A DNA stretch of 64,000 nt from an uncultured Bacilli bacterium. Lineage in GTDB: Bacteria; Bacillota_I; Bacilli_A; RF39; UBA660. This document shows positions 1 through 9,211 of this stretch, one piece after another. The notes beneath the pieces were generated by a model that saw nothing but the letters and a program-made list of their open reading frames with translations, searched no databases and was not told the origin of the DNA. Positions within the stretch are counted from its first letter, which is position 1. The number at the start of each line of letters is the position of its first letter. Both the position numbers and the translations under genes were made by a program. The stretch spans positions 32,349 through 96,348 of the forward strand of contig CAJUKB010000002.1 in assembly GCA_910587325.1 (NCBI GenBank). Direction: 5' to 3'.

Positions 1-1
1 T

Positions 2-388
2 TTAATTAAAGATAGTATTGATTACACAAGTTTAGTAAGACCACCTCTTGCTCCGCCAAAGATTTTATTTCCTATTTCTTGGACCCTTATTTATTTGTTA
101 ATGGGTATTTCTTATTATCTTTATAAAAAAGAGTATAAAGAAAATGGCATTGTTGATGTAGTTTATTATCTTCAACTTTTTGTAAATGCTTTATGGAGTA
201 TTATTTTCTTTTTGTGGAAAGCAAGATTTATTGCTATTCTATGGATAGTTGCTCTTGATTTCTTAGTTTTATTTCTTATTTATTATTTCTTACAAAGAAA
301 AAAAATAAGTGCTTACCTCAATATCCCTTATTTGTTATGGATACTCTTTGCTACTTATTTAACTATTGGTATTTATGTATTAAATTAA
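2..388 (+). CDS. tspO: TspO/MBR family tryptophan-rich sensory protein (5' end cut by window edge)
   Basis: The frame is open from base 2. Upstream of the tracked Met it reads RPPLAPPKILFPISWTLIYLLMG (TspO PP..FP..W..LY..MG motif). Hydrophobic helices follow (NALWSIIFF, IPYLLWILFATYL). Confidence 0.8.
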   Translation, partial: LIKDSIDYTSLVRPPLAPPKILFPISWTLIYLLMGISYYLYKKEYKENGIVDVVYYLQLFVNALWSIIFFLWKARFIAILWIVALDFLVLFLIYYFLQRKKISAYLNIPYLLWILFATYLTIGIYVLN

Positions 389-410
389 CTTCTTAGGAAG
401 TTTTTTATTT
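387..410 (+). terminator. Intrinsic terminator after tspO
   Basis: AACTTC-TTAG-GAAGTT hairpin (387-402) overlaps the stop codon and runs into TTTTTTATTT. Confidence 0.5.
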
Positions 411-893
411 TAGTAAAGCTTCTACTTCGTTAATAACATATTCTTTTGTTTCTTCATATGTTTTATTTAAAACAATACTAAATTCATTATATAGATATTT
501 TTCTGCTAACTCAAAATAATAGCGGTCTTTATCACTCTGTTTCTTTTTATTTTTTTCTCTTTCTTTATTTCTTAAGTATGCGGTTTTAATAATACGCACA
601 TAATCTTTTAAATCATTTGAATTTAATAATGTCTTATATTCATTTTCTAGCTGTTTATCGTCACAAGAAATAACTTCTATTTTGGGAATTTCCTTAATAA
701 TTTTTTCTACTTCTTCTTTGCTAATTAACTCTCTTAAGTAGGTATTTTCTTCTATTGGAATATCGACATGTAATGTATCATCATCTATTGGTATTAAGCG
801 ATAATAATCCTTTCCATTTGCATATTTTTCTTTCCTTTCTACAATCTTACAGACATCCTTTCGATACACAACATATTCTCCATTTTTTTTCAT
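405..893 (-). CDS. CarD/YdeB-family transcriptional regulator
   Basis: The pattern GEYVVYRKDVCKIV...KDYYRLIPIDDDTLHVDIPIEE..LRELISKEEV resembles CarD_CdnL_TRCF proteins. I place the start at the ATG at 893, preceded by GAGAGGGTG. The tracked longer start lies beyond the upstream terminator U-run. Confidence 0.7.
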   Translation of the reverse strand: MKKNGEYVVYRKDVCKIVERKEKYANGKDYYRLIPIDDDTLHVDIPIEENTYLRELISKEEVEKIIKEIPKIEVISCDDKQLENEYKTLLNSNDLKDYVRIIKTAYLRNKEREKNKKKQSDKDRYYFELAEKYLYNEFSIVLNKTYEETKEYVINEVEALLK

Positions 894-912
894 AAACACA
901 CCCTCTCTATAT

Positions 913-973
913 AAAAAAAAGTAACTATACAACAGGACTTATGCCATATGTATAGCTACACGTTGTTATAGTT
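913..973 (-). terminator. Intrinsic terminator of the ltaS-asnB-PAP2 unit, abutting the next RBS
   Basis: On the minus strand, AACTATAACAAC (973-962) pairs with GTTGTATAGTT (933-923). An inner GCUAU/AUGGC helix is present and U8 follows (920-913). The downstream RBS starts about 8 nt after the U-run. Confidence 0.55.
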
Positions 974-989
974 ATTATACCACATTTTT

Positions 990-1610
990 TTATTTTTCAG
1001 TGCTAAAAAATGACCCCTTTTTTGTTGTTTTAATGTAGAAAAATAGAACAACAAGAGAACACATAAATCCTGTTATGACATCACTAAAGTAATGAACGTA
1101 TATATAAATTCTACTAAAGCAAACTGTAAAAATTAAAAGGGATAATAAGGTAATTCCTGCCAATTTAAGTGGTTTTTTTGCATCACTTTTATAAAGCATA
1201 TAAATTAAGTATCCATAGAATGTTGTAGTTGCCATTGCATGGCCTGAGGGAAAACTATAAGTACTTTCAAATACAGGAACTAAAGAACCCATTAGAGTTG
1301 GTCTTGGTCTTCTAAAAATGAATTTGATTACGTTATTTAAAATAGTAGATAGTATGGTAACTCCATAAAGGTTTACTAACTTTTTTTTAGGTTTATAAAA
1401 AATAAGAAGAAGTATACAAATGACAACGATATATTTAACACTTCCAAAATTAGTGAAAAATAATAAAATTTTGGTTAAGAAGTCATTATGTCCGATATGA
1501 TTATAAACCCAATTATCAAGAGGAAACATATTTCCTGTTGCAATCAAAATCATGTTTAATACTACTAAAAAAATTGGGATAGCAATTAAATAGTCTTTTT
1601 TCCATTTCAT
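990..1610 (-). CDS. PAP2-family phosphatase (undecaprenyl-diphosphatase / phosphatidic acid phosphatase type)
   Basis: PAP2 signature blocks KFIFRRPRP, PSGHA and SRIYIYVHYFSDV in a multi-pass membrane protein. Confidence 0.8.
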   Translation of the reverse strand: MKWKKDYLIAIPIFLVVLNMILIATGNMFPLDNWVYNHIGHNDFLTKILLFFTNFGSVKYIVVICILLLIFYKPKKKLVNLYGVTILSTILNNVIKFIFRRPRPTLMGSLVPVFESTYSFPSGHAMATTTFYGYLIYMLYKSDAKKPLKLAGITLLSLLIFTVCFSRIYIYVHYFSDVITGFMCSLVVLFFYIKTTKKGSFFSTEK

Positions 1611-3439
1611 ATTTCATTATACTCCTTATCTAAGAAAAATATTTCGTACCATTTAAGAAAGCAATAAATAGTCCATACTTTTTTATAGGTATCTTTCTTA
1701 TGATTTTTATGTTCATCGAGTAGTTTTAGGATATAATCTTGGTTGAAGAATTCTCCTGCAAAATCTTGCTCAAAAGTATTTTTTACTTCATTATAGAAAT
1801 CCTCTTCTCTTAGCCATTCACGTAAAGGAACAGGAAACCCTAGTTTTTTCTTTTTATAAGATTCATTGGGGATTTCTTTTTTGGCAGCACTTCTTAAGGC
1901 GACTTTGGTGTTTTCTTTTGTAACTTTGTCTTTTTCCGTTAGTGTACTAGCAATTCCAAAAACTTCTTTATCTATAAAAGGAACTCTTCCTTCTATAGAG
2001 TTTGCCATTGTCATACGATCCGCTTTTTGTAAAATGTCTTTGATTAACCAAAAGTGAATATCAATTGCTTGTTTTTTAGTAATGTTATCTTTATCACTAA
2101 CTGACTCAAAAATCGGTTTTGTAATGTCTTTATTTTTGATAGTATCTACACATGTTAAAACTTTTTTACGCTCTCTTTCACTGAAAACTTTGTTCACCCC
2201 TATATAATCACTCTCTAAATTCGTACCACGTCTTACAATAAAGTTTCGCCCTGGAAATTCCGGTAAAAGGTTAAAGATGAGGGCGGCAAAATGTCTTAAT
2301 GGATATGGAATTTTGTTGTACCATTTTAAATCTACTTCTTCACGATAGTTATTGTATCCTCCAAAAAACTCGTCAGCTCCTTCTCCTGATAAAACAACTT
2401 TGACATCTTTACTTGCTAAATTCGAAACAAAATAAAGCATAATTGCAGCAGGGTCACTTGAAGGTTCGTCCATATGATAAAGGATTTTAGGAACAATATT
2501 CTTATATTCTTCTTTGGTAATTTTTTTGCTCGTATTGTTGATTTTCAATTTATCTGCTAAATCTTTTGCATAAAGAGTTTCATCGTATTTAGGGTTATCA
2601 TATCCTACTGTATAGGTTTTATCCGGTTTTGCAAGACTTACAATATAAGAAGAATCAATTCCACTTGATAAGAAAGAACCTACTTCTACATCACTTAACA
2701 TATGGTAAGAAACAGAATCTTTCATTGTGTTATTAATGGTTTCGACTACTTCTTTAAAATCTTGTTTTTTGGGATTAAATTCTATATCATAATAGCGTTC
2801 TATTTTGATGTCACCATCTTGATAAGTTAAAGAGCAACCCGGGTCTAAGCGATATACTCCTTTAAAGAAAGTTTCAGTAGTAGGAGTAAAACTAAACGAA
2901 AGATAAGGTCCAATTAATTCTTTATTAAGAACTTTATCAAATTTTGGATGTTCTAAAAAAGACTTAATTTCAGATGCAAATAGAAAAGTGCCTTCTGTTT
3001 GGTAATAGTAAAATGGTTTAATACCAAAGTTATCCCTTGCACAAAATAAGGAATTTTTATTCTTATCCCATATAGCAAAAGCAAACATTCCACGTAATTT
3101 TTTAGGTAAGTTGCTGCCCCATTCCTCGTACCCATGGATTAACACTTCGGTATCACAGCTTGTTTTAAATTCATGGTTCTTTTTTAACTCTTCTTTTAAT
3201 TCTATATAGTTGTAAATTTCTCCATTAAAGACAATTACTATTTGTTCGTTTTCATTAAACATAGGTTGACTACCTGTTGCTAAATCGATAATGGATAATC
3301 TTCTATGTCCTAATGCAACATAATCGTCTGTATAAAAACCTTCTCCATCCGGTCCACGATGACGAATCCTATCCGCCATGTTCTTAATGATTTGTTTTTT
3401 ATTTTTTTCTTTACTTACAAATCCGACAATTCCACACAT
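1607..3439 (-). CDS. asnB: Asparagine synthase (glutamine-hydrolysing)
   Basis: N-terminal MCGI nucleophile (Ntn amidotransferase), SGGIDSS-like PP-loop (LSSGIDSS), 610 aa. Confidence 0.9.
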   Translation of the reverse strand: MCGIVGFVSKEKNKKQIIKNMADRIRHRGPDGEGFYTDDYVALGHRRLSIIDLATGSQPMFNENEQIVIVFNGEIYNYIELKEELKKNHEFKTSCDTEVLIHGYEEWGSNLPKKLRGMFAFAIWDKNKNSLFCARDNFGIKPFYYYQTEGTFLFASEIKSFLEHPKFDKVLNKELIGPYLSFSFTPTTETFFKGVYRLDPGCSLTYQDGDIKIERYYDIEFNPKKQDFKEVVETINNTMKDSVSYHMLSDVEVGSFLSSGIDSSYIVSLAKPDKTYTVGYDNPKYDETLYAKDLADKLKINNTSKKITKEEYKNIVPKILYHMDEPSSDPAAIMLYFVSNLASKDVKVVLSGEGADEFFGGYNNYREEVDLKWYNKIPYPLRHFAALIFNLLPEFPGRNFIVRRGTNLESDYIGVNKVFSERERKKVLTCVDTIKNKDITKPIFESVSDKDNITKKQAIDIHFWLIKDILQKADRMTMANSIEGRVPFIDKEVFGIASTLTEKDKVTKENTKVALRSAAKKEIPNESYKKKKLGFPVPLREWLREEDFYNEVKNTFEQDFAGEFFNQDYILKLLDEHKNHKKDTYKKVWTIYCFLKWYEIFFLDKEYNEI

Positions 3440-3441
3440 AC

Positions 3442-5352
3442 TTATTCTCCTTTCGCTTTAGCAAGTTTACTATAAATATCTTTTTCTAACATAAGTTTAC
3501 TAATCGTAAAACTATTGGCAATTCGTTTATTCATATAAGCGATATAATCGTCACTTACTTCAACTCCCTCAAATCCTTTATTAGAAAAATACGTTCCTTT
3601 ATCGCTTCTCCAACTACGACTTGCAAATATAGCTAGACCTTCTTCGTCGCTAAACATATCTTGTCCAATTAATAATCTTGAATCATACTCAATTCCAAAT
3701 AAATTTAAGATAGTAGGCAAAACGTCTATTTGACTAGCTACTTTGTCAATCACTTTATGTTCATTATTAGTATTCCAAACAATTAAATTACTATGATTGA
3801 CTTCGACCATTTCTTCCCGTTTATATGTTGAAACTTCATTGATTTCTTCTTCTGTTAAAGTGTAGGGATAATGGTCTCCTGTTAAAACGACAACAGTATC
3901 ATCAAGAATTCCAACACTATCCAATTTTTCGATTAATGTTCTTAAAGCATATTCAAGTTCCATTTGGGCAGACAAATAAGCCTTAACTGCTGTACTATAG
4001 GGTAAGTCTTTTACAGCGTCTTTGTTTTTTATAGCAATACTATTGCCTCCCATAAAGTTATAAGGAGCATGTCCACTTACTGTAATGTAATAGGTAACAA
4101 AAGGTGTATTATTTGCATAGTCATTAAATGTTGTGTTAAACATATCTACATCACTTGGAAGCCAAGAACAATTGATTCTTTTTTCCATTCCATTTTTACA
4201 TGCGGTGTAGTTATCAAATCCAAGAGTCGGCATCGTCTTATGTCTACTATAGTACGTATATAACCAATTGTGATAACTTTGCGTGTTGTAACCAAGACGA
4301 GCAAAAGCGTTACCTATTGCATAGGAAATAGTTGGAGTTTCATTACGCCATATGCTTAATATTTCTTGGGTAGGAAGTAAACCTGTCATAGCTTGGAATT
4401 CTCCTCCAGTTGTACTTAAAAATTCAGGAGAATAGTAATTCGTAAAATCAAATCCCTCATGAATTAATTTATAAAGAGTTGGGGTTCTTGCTTCATCTAC
4501 CGCAATGGAATTGAATCCCTCTGCTAATATAAAGATTAAATTCTTTCCCTTATACAATCCTGTATATTCATTTTTGTTGGTTGCTTTTTTTGCATTTAAA
4601 TAACGATAGACATTCTTAACACTTTCGTCTTTTTCTTGGGCTATTAATGCATCAAAATCAATGTCTAGTTTATTATAAGAAATTTCTTCTTTATCTTCCT
4701 CTTTTTCTTCTAACATTAACTTTTCTTCAAAACCAAATATGGCTCTTTTAATACTTAATCTTTGGCTTGTAAATACTCCTAAAACTTCTGTAGAAGTTGT
4801 AAGAGCATCTAAATTGTAATATAGATTATAAGGCGAATATAGACTTGTTTTATCCAAGTTTAAAGATAAAATAGAAAACATATAAATGCAGACGCAAAGA
4901 AAAACTTTTTTTATTTTAACTTTCTTATGTTTTTTTGTAAAATCAAAATTATTCTTATATACAAGGAACACAAAGAATGGAATTAGAAAGATTAAAATAT
5001 TTAAAAAATCAGTTTGAATTAAATGAAGACCTATTTCATAAAAACTTAAAGCATTATTGGCAAGTTCTAAATCATTAATTGAAAAAGGCATAGAAAATAA
5101 GGAAAAATATAAAAAGTTAAATAAATAGAAAGCAACAATCAACACTACAAAAAAAGTAGAAATACGCCTGTTAGTTTTTTCTTTAAAAAAATGGGTAAAA
5201 AAACTTAGTAAGCAAGATAAGCTTAAACTAAACAATAGTACAATTAAAAATTCTTTCCCTAATAATTTATTAAACATTAAAATTTTATTTATTGCTTCTA
5301 AATAAATAAAAAGAAATAGATAGAGAATGATTGTAGAATACTTCTTTTTCAT
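3442..5352 (-). CDS. LTA synthase family protein (membrane-anchored sulfatase-fold)
   Basis: Five N-terminal TM segments are followed by a sulfatase-like domain (NLIFILAEGF, TTGGEF, VVLTGDHYPY). I chose the ATG at 5352, 5 nt after AGGTGA. The tracked start at 5361 is a GTG inside that RBS. Confidence 0.8.
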   Translation of the reverse strand: MKKKYSTIILYLFLFIYLEAINKILMFNKLLGKEFLIVLLFSLSLSCLLSFFTHFFKEKTNRRISTFFVVLIVAFYLFNFLYFSLFSMPFSINDLELANNALSFYEIGLHLIQTDFLNILIFLIPFFVFLVYKNNFDFTKKHKKVKIKKVFLCVCIYMFSILSLNLDKTSLYSPYNLYYNLDALTTSTEVLGVFTSQRLSIKRAIFGFEEKLMLEEKEEDKEEISYNKLDIDFDALIAQEKDESVKNVYRYLNAKKATNKNEYTGLYKGKNLIFILAEGFNSIAVDEARTPTLYKLIHEGFDFTNYYSPEFLSTTGGEFQAMTGLLPTQEILSIWRNETPTISYAIGNAFARLGYNTQSYHNWLYTYYSRHKTMPTLGFDNYTACKNGMEKRINCSWLPSDVDMFNTTFNDYANNTPFVTYYITVSGHAPYNFMGGNSIAIKNKDAVKDLPYSTAVKAYLSAQMELEYALRTLIEKLDSVGILDDTVVVLTGDHYPYTLTEEEINEVSTYKREEMVEVNHSNLIVWNTNNEHKVIDKVASQIDVLPTILNLFGIEYDSRLLIGQDMFSDEEGLAIFASRSWRSDKGTYFSNKGFEGVEVSDDYIAYMNKRIANSFTISKLMLEKDIYSKLAKAKGE

Positions 5353-5406
5353 ACTTCTCACCTATTTCTTATTATAGCACAAATTAATGGATAGTTATAG
5401 TTACGT

Positions 5407-6375
5407 CTAATGTTTGATTTGTTCTAGTTGGTTTTCAATTCTTCTGACAAGATTTATGCTTTCTTCGACTTTTTCATTTGAGTATCCGGCATATTTGGCA
5501 ACCTTTTCAATATCATGTTCTTGAGATAAGTCGTATCTACCGCCATAAATAATAGTACTTAATTGAATTAAATTATCTAAATTATTTTTAGTAGATTTTC
5601 TAACAATTTCTCCTACAACTTCAATTTTTCTTTTTTGATGCTCTGCTATTTTGACAGGTTCTTTTATTTTGTTTATTTCTCCTAAAGGAGTAAGCCTATC
5701 TATATCATATTGTAATTGCAAAGAAAGTGGCATTTTATTATCAAGAATAACTTGGTCAAATCCATAATCCAAACTAACATTAAATTGTATTAAAATACAG
5801 AACATTGTTTGCATTTTTATACTAATGTCTTTATCAGTAAAATCCGGATTTTCTCCATAAAATAATTGATAAATTTCACATATTAGTTTATCTTTTTCTG
5901 TTAAATTAATTGAGGAAATATCTTCCAAGTCAGAAATTTGTTGCAATGCATCTTTTATTTTTTCTTTATACATTTCTAAAAGTTCTTCTTTATTCAAGCC
6001 TTTATTTATTACACAAGTATGAAAATTAAATGGTTGTGTATATATTGTATTTAAAGTTTTACCCTTTTCTATTTCTTCATTTGTTTCAAAATAAATTAAC
6101 CTTTTATTTTTGTATTCTACCTTTGTTTCTTTTCCGTTTTTGTCTAACAGCGATAGTTGTAAATAATCATCTTTAAAATCTTTAAGAATGGTTTGTATCC
6201 ATGACATAATTAGATTTATATTTTGATAAAACGGCATTCTTTCAAAGCATTTATCTAGTAATATTTCAATTTTCTCTATAGGTAAATCGTTTTCTTCTAG
6301 ATAGCCATTAAATGTAAATTCTAAAATAGCATTATTTTTTTCATACCATTTTTGAATTCCATAATTTTTTTCCAT
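5407..6375 (-). CDS. Hypothetical protein; C-terminal half weakly resembles the YwgA/DUF4065 (Panacea-like) fold
   Basis: Intact 322-aa ORF with a GGGGGA RBS. The segment IKMQTMFCILIQF..DYGF...KMPLSLQLQYDIDRLTPLGEI resembles the KLQKLLY...GPyS.eL..dl..L..G pattern. Motif level only. Confidence 0.45.
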   Translation of the reverse strand: MEKNYGIQKWYEKNNAILEFTFNGYLEENDLPIEKIEILLDKCFERMPFYQNINLIMSWIQTILKDFKDDYLQLSLLDKNGKETKVEYKNKRLIYFETNEEIEKGKTLNTIYTQPFNFHTCVINKGLNKEELLEMYKEKIKDALQQISDLEDISSINLTEKDKLICEIYQLFYGENPDFTDKDISIKMQTMFCILIQFNVSLDYGFDQVILDNKMPLSLQLQYDIDRLTPLGEINKIKEPVKIAEHQKRKIEVVGEIVRKSTKNNLDNLIQLSTIIYGGRYDLSQEHDIEKVAKYAGYSNEKVEESINLVRRIENQLEQIKH

Positions 6376-6441
6376 TATAATTCCCCCATCTACAATTATA
6401 TTTTATAGTTTTACTTTAACATAAAGATTTTCTTATTGCAA

Positions 6442-8553
6442 TCAAATCAACGTAAGATTTACCTTTTCTTTTTCTTTGTCTATTTTATCAACATGGCAAG
6501 TGATAATGTCTCCCACATGAATTACATCAAGTGGATTACTTACATAGTCTTTACTTAGTTTGGATATGTGGATAAGTCCATCATTATGAAGCCCAATATC
6601 CACAAATGCTCCAAAAGAAACAACGTTACGAACGGTTCCTGTAAGTTCCATTCCAATACTTAAATCGTCGATTGTAAGAATATCACTTTTTAAGAGTACA
6701 TCTTCTAATGCATCTCTTGGGTCAAGCCCTGGAGTAATTAATTCTTTTACAATATCTTCAATTGTATAAATATCTGCATTTAATTCTTTACTTAAGTCTT
6801 CAATATTTGCATTTTCTAGAGTTTTCATAAAATGCTCGTCTTTGTTTGCTAAATCTAATTTTAAATACGCCAAAAGTTTTTCAGTTACTTCATAACTTTC
6901 GGGATGAATTTTGGTTTTATCTAAAGGATTTTCTCCATCATGGATACGTAAAAATCCAATGCATTGTTCGTAAACTTTATCACTAATTCCAGAGATACTT
7001 TTGATTTCTTCTCTATTTTTAAAACTATGTTCTTTTTTAAATTTTTGAATATTTTCAATACACTTTTTATTTAAACCGGAAATGTATTTTAAAATACTAT
7101 CACTAGCGGTATTGATGTTTACTCCTACTTCATTTACGATTTTAGAAACGGTAAAGTCAAGAGCATCTGATAGGTTAGTTTGATTAACATCATGTTGGTA
7201 TTCTCCAACGCCAATGCTTTTCGGGTCAATTTTCACAAGTTCTGATAAAGGGTCTTGTACTCTTCTGCCAATCGATATAGCACTTCTTTTTTCCACTGTT
7301 AAATCAGGAAATTCTGAAATGGCTAGCTTACTTGCAGAATAAACACTTGCTCCTGCTTCACTCACAATATTGTATTTTACATCCATTCCTTTAATCGCTT
7401 CTGCTACAAAAAATTCACTTTCACGAGAAGCTGTTCCGTTTCCAATAGTAATAAGAGAAGCCTTGTACTTGGTAATTAAATCTCTTAGTACTTTAGTTGC
7501 TTCCACCTTTTTGTTATGTGGTTCATGAGGATATATGGTTGCAATTTCTAATACCTCTCCAAAAGGATTTAAAACGGCTAGTTTACAACCTGTACGAAAA
7601 GCGGGGTCAAAACCAATCACTGTTTTATTCTTAATCGGTTTTGTCATTAGGAGTTTTTCTAAGTTATCTTTAAAGGTAATGATTGCTTCCTCACTTGCTT
7701 TATCCGTAAGCATAGTTCGAATTTCTCTTTCGATGCTTGGTAAAATCAAACGCTTTAGGGCATCTTTTATCGCTTCTTCTACAATAGGTACTACAAAGGA
7801 GTTTTGATTCTTTATCACTCTTTCTTTGTAATTTTCTAAAATTTTCGCATTGTCAAAAACTAAACTGACAGAAAGAATTCCTTCTTTTTCTCCACGATTG
7901 ATAGCAAGTGTACGATAATGCTTCATGTATTTAATTCGGTCTTGAAATTCGTAATACATATCGTATACTTTTTTCTCATCTTCGCTATTCTTTTTCTTTT
8001 TTGTAATCAATAAGCCTGTATTATAAATGAAATTACGCGTCCATTTTCTGAAATAAGCATTATCACTTATCCACTCACTTATGATATAGGATGCGTTTTT
8101 AATAGCATCTTCTGTGCTCATATTATAGCCACTTGCAAGTGTTTCAATAGAACCATTAGTTGGAAAAGCCATAATTTTTTTAGCTAAAGGTTCTAGTCCT
8201 AATTTAATGGCTTCGGTTGCTTTCGTTTTTTTCTTTTCTTTAAATGGACGATATAAGTCTTCCACATCAATTAATTTTTCACAAGCACGTATGCTTTTCT
8301 CTAACTCTTCTGTTAATAAATCTTTTTCATCTATTAAACGAATAACATCTTCTTTTCTTTTTTCTAAGTTACATAAATATTTATACTTTTCCGCAATTGT
8401 TCCAATTTGTTCTTCATCTAATGCACCAGTTGCCTCTTTTCTGTAACGTGCAATAAAAGGTATTGTACAATCTTCACTTAATAGTTTTAATACTGCTTCT
8501 ACTTGACTTTCTTTGATATTTAAGATACTAGCTAATTCTTTCGTTATATTCAT
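6442..8553 (-). CDS. tex: Tex-like RNA-binding transcription accessory protein (YqgF + HhH + S1 domains)
   Basis: N-terminal IPFIARYRKE motif, YqgF-like GFDPAFRTGCK, C-terminal S1 domain (GTVRNVVSFGAFVDIG), 703 aa. Confidence 0.9.
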   Translation of the reverse strand: MNITKELASILNIKESQVEAVLKLLSEDCTIPFIARYRKEATGALDEEQIGTIAEKYKYLCNLEKRKEDVIRLIDEKDLLTEELEKSIRACEKLIDVEDLYRPFKEKKKTKATEAIKLGLEPLAKKIMAFPTNGSIETLASGYNMSTEDAIKNASYIISEWISDNAYFRKWTRNFIYNTGLLITKKKKNSEDEKKVYDMYYEFQDRIKYMKHYRTLAINRGEKEGILSVSLVFDNAKILENYKERVIKNQNSFVVPIVEEAIKDALKRLILPSIEREIRTMLTDKASEEAIITFKDNLEKLLMTKPIKNKTVIGFDPAFRTGCKLAVLNPFGEVLEIATIYPHEPHNKKVEATKVLRDLITKYKASLITIGNGTASRESEFFVAEAIKGMDVKYNIVSEAGASVYSASKLAISEFPDLTVEKRSAISIGRRVQDPLSELVKIDPKSIGVGEYQHDVNQTNLSDALDFTVSKIVNEVGVNINTASDSILKYISGLNKKCIENIQKFKKEHSFKNREEIKSISGISDKVYEQCIGFLRIHDGENPLDKTKIHPESYEVTEKLLAYLKLDLANKDEHFMKTLENANIEDLSKELNADIYTIEDIVKELITPGLDPRDALEDVLLKSDILTIDDLSIGMELTGTVRNVVSFGAFVDIGLHNDGLIHISKLSKDYVSNPLDVIHVGDIITCHVDKIDKEKEKVNLTLI

Positions 8554-8567
8554 AATTTACACTCCTT

Positions 8568-8604
8568 TAAAAAAATAAGATATAGAATTATTATTTTCTA
8601 TATC
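8568..8604 (-). terminator. Intrinsic terminator after the TasA-like gene, abutting the tex RBS
   Basis: On the minus strand, GATATAGAA (8604-8596) and TTCTATATC (8587-8579) form a 9-bp stem with an 8-nt loop. UUAUUUUUUU follows, then AAAGGAG and the tex ATG. Confidence 0.6.
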
Positions 8605-8616
8605 CCTTTGTTCTTC

Positions 8617-9132
8617 TTATAATTCTTTTATAAACAATTTACCGCTAATGGTTTTTCCCATATCTTCTCTTTGGTCTACTTCTGTATTGTTGTAAGTAAT
8701 TGTTATCGTATATGTTTTTCTTTCGCCATTTTTTAAAGTTCTAGTTTCACTTAATTCATTTTGGTTGGCATCATTTGGAAATATTTCGTTTTCTTCTAAG
8801 ATTGTATCATTTTCTTTTAACGTATAAGTTATATCTTGATAACTTATAAACTCATTTACTAAATCATTAATTACAATTCGATAACTAATATCTGTACCAT
8901 TGTTCTCTATAGAAAAAGTTTTTGTAATGCTATCTCCTGGAATCATAATTTTGTTAATTTCTTCTCCATCATCAAATGTAGTACTAAACTTGGCCGTAGA
9001 ACCGCTAATTCCACCCGCTCCTTTTTCTTCTATCGTTGTTGTATAAAAAGCATAACTTGCATAGGAAATCACCGCTACAAATATGGCAATAGCTATAACT
9101 GAAATTATAATCGTTTTTTTGTTACTAGACAT
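8617..9132 (-). CDS. TasA/camelysin-like secreted protein with SipW-type signal peptide
   Basis: The N-terminal anchor ends in YASYAFYTTT (compare GGTWAAFND / AYFTD of SipW substrates). MIPGDSITKTFSIENNGTDISY matches the TasA LKPGD..TK.F.feNnGs block. The start is the ATG at 9132, after AGGTGA. Confidence 0.55.
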   Translation of the reverse strand: MSSNKKTIIISVIAIAIFVAVISYASYAFYTTTIEEKGAGGISGSTAKFSTTFDDGEEINKIMIPGDSITKTFSIENNGTDISYRIVINDLVNEFISYQDITYTLKENDTILEENEIFPNDANQNELSETRTLKNGERKTYTITITYNNTEVDQREDMGKTISGKLFIKEL

Positions 9133-9157
9133 GTTAATCACCTATTCTCTTATAATT

Positions 9158-9186
9158 ATTATCTATTATTCTAGGTTTTTTGTCAA
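9158..9186 (-). promoter_or_regulatory. Sigma-A type promoter for the TasA-like gene
   Basis: On the minus strand, TTGACA (9186-9181), 17-nt spacer, GATAAT (9163-9158). Confidence 0.5.
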
Positions 9187-9211
9187 ATTATTTTATTAAA
9201 TTGCCTTTAGT

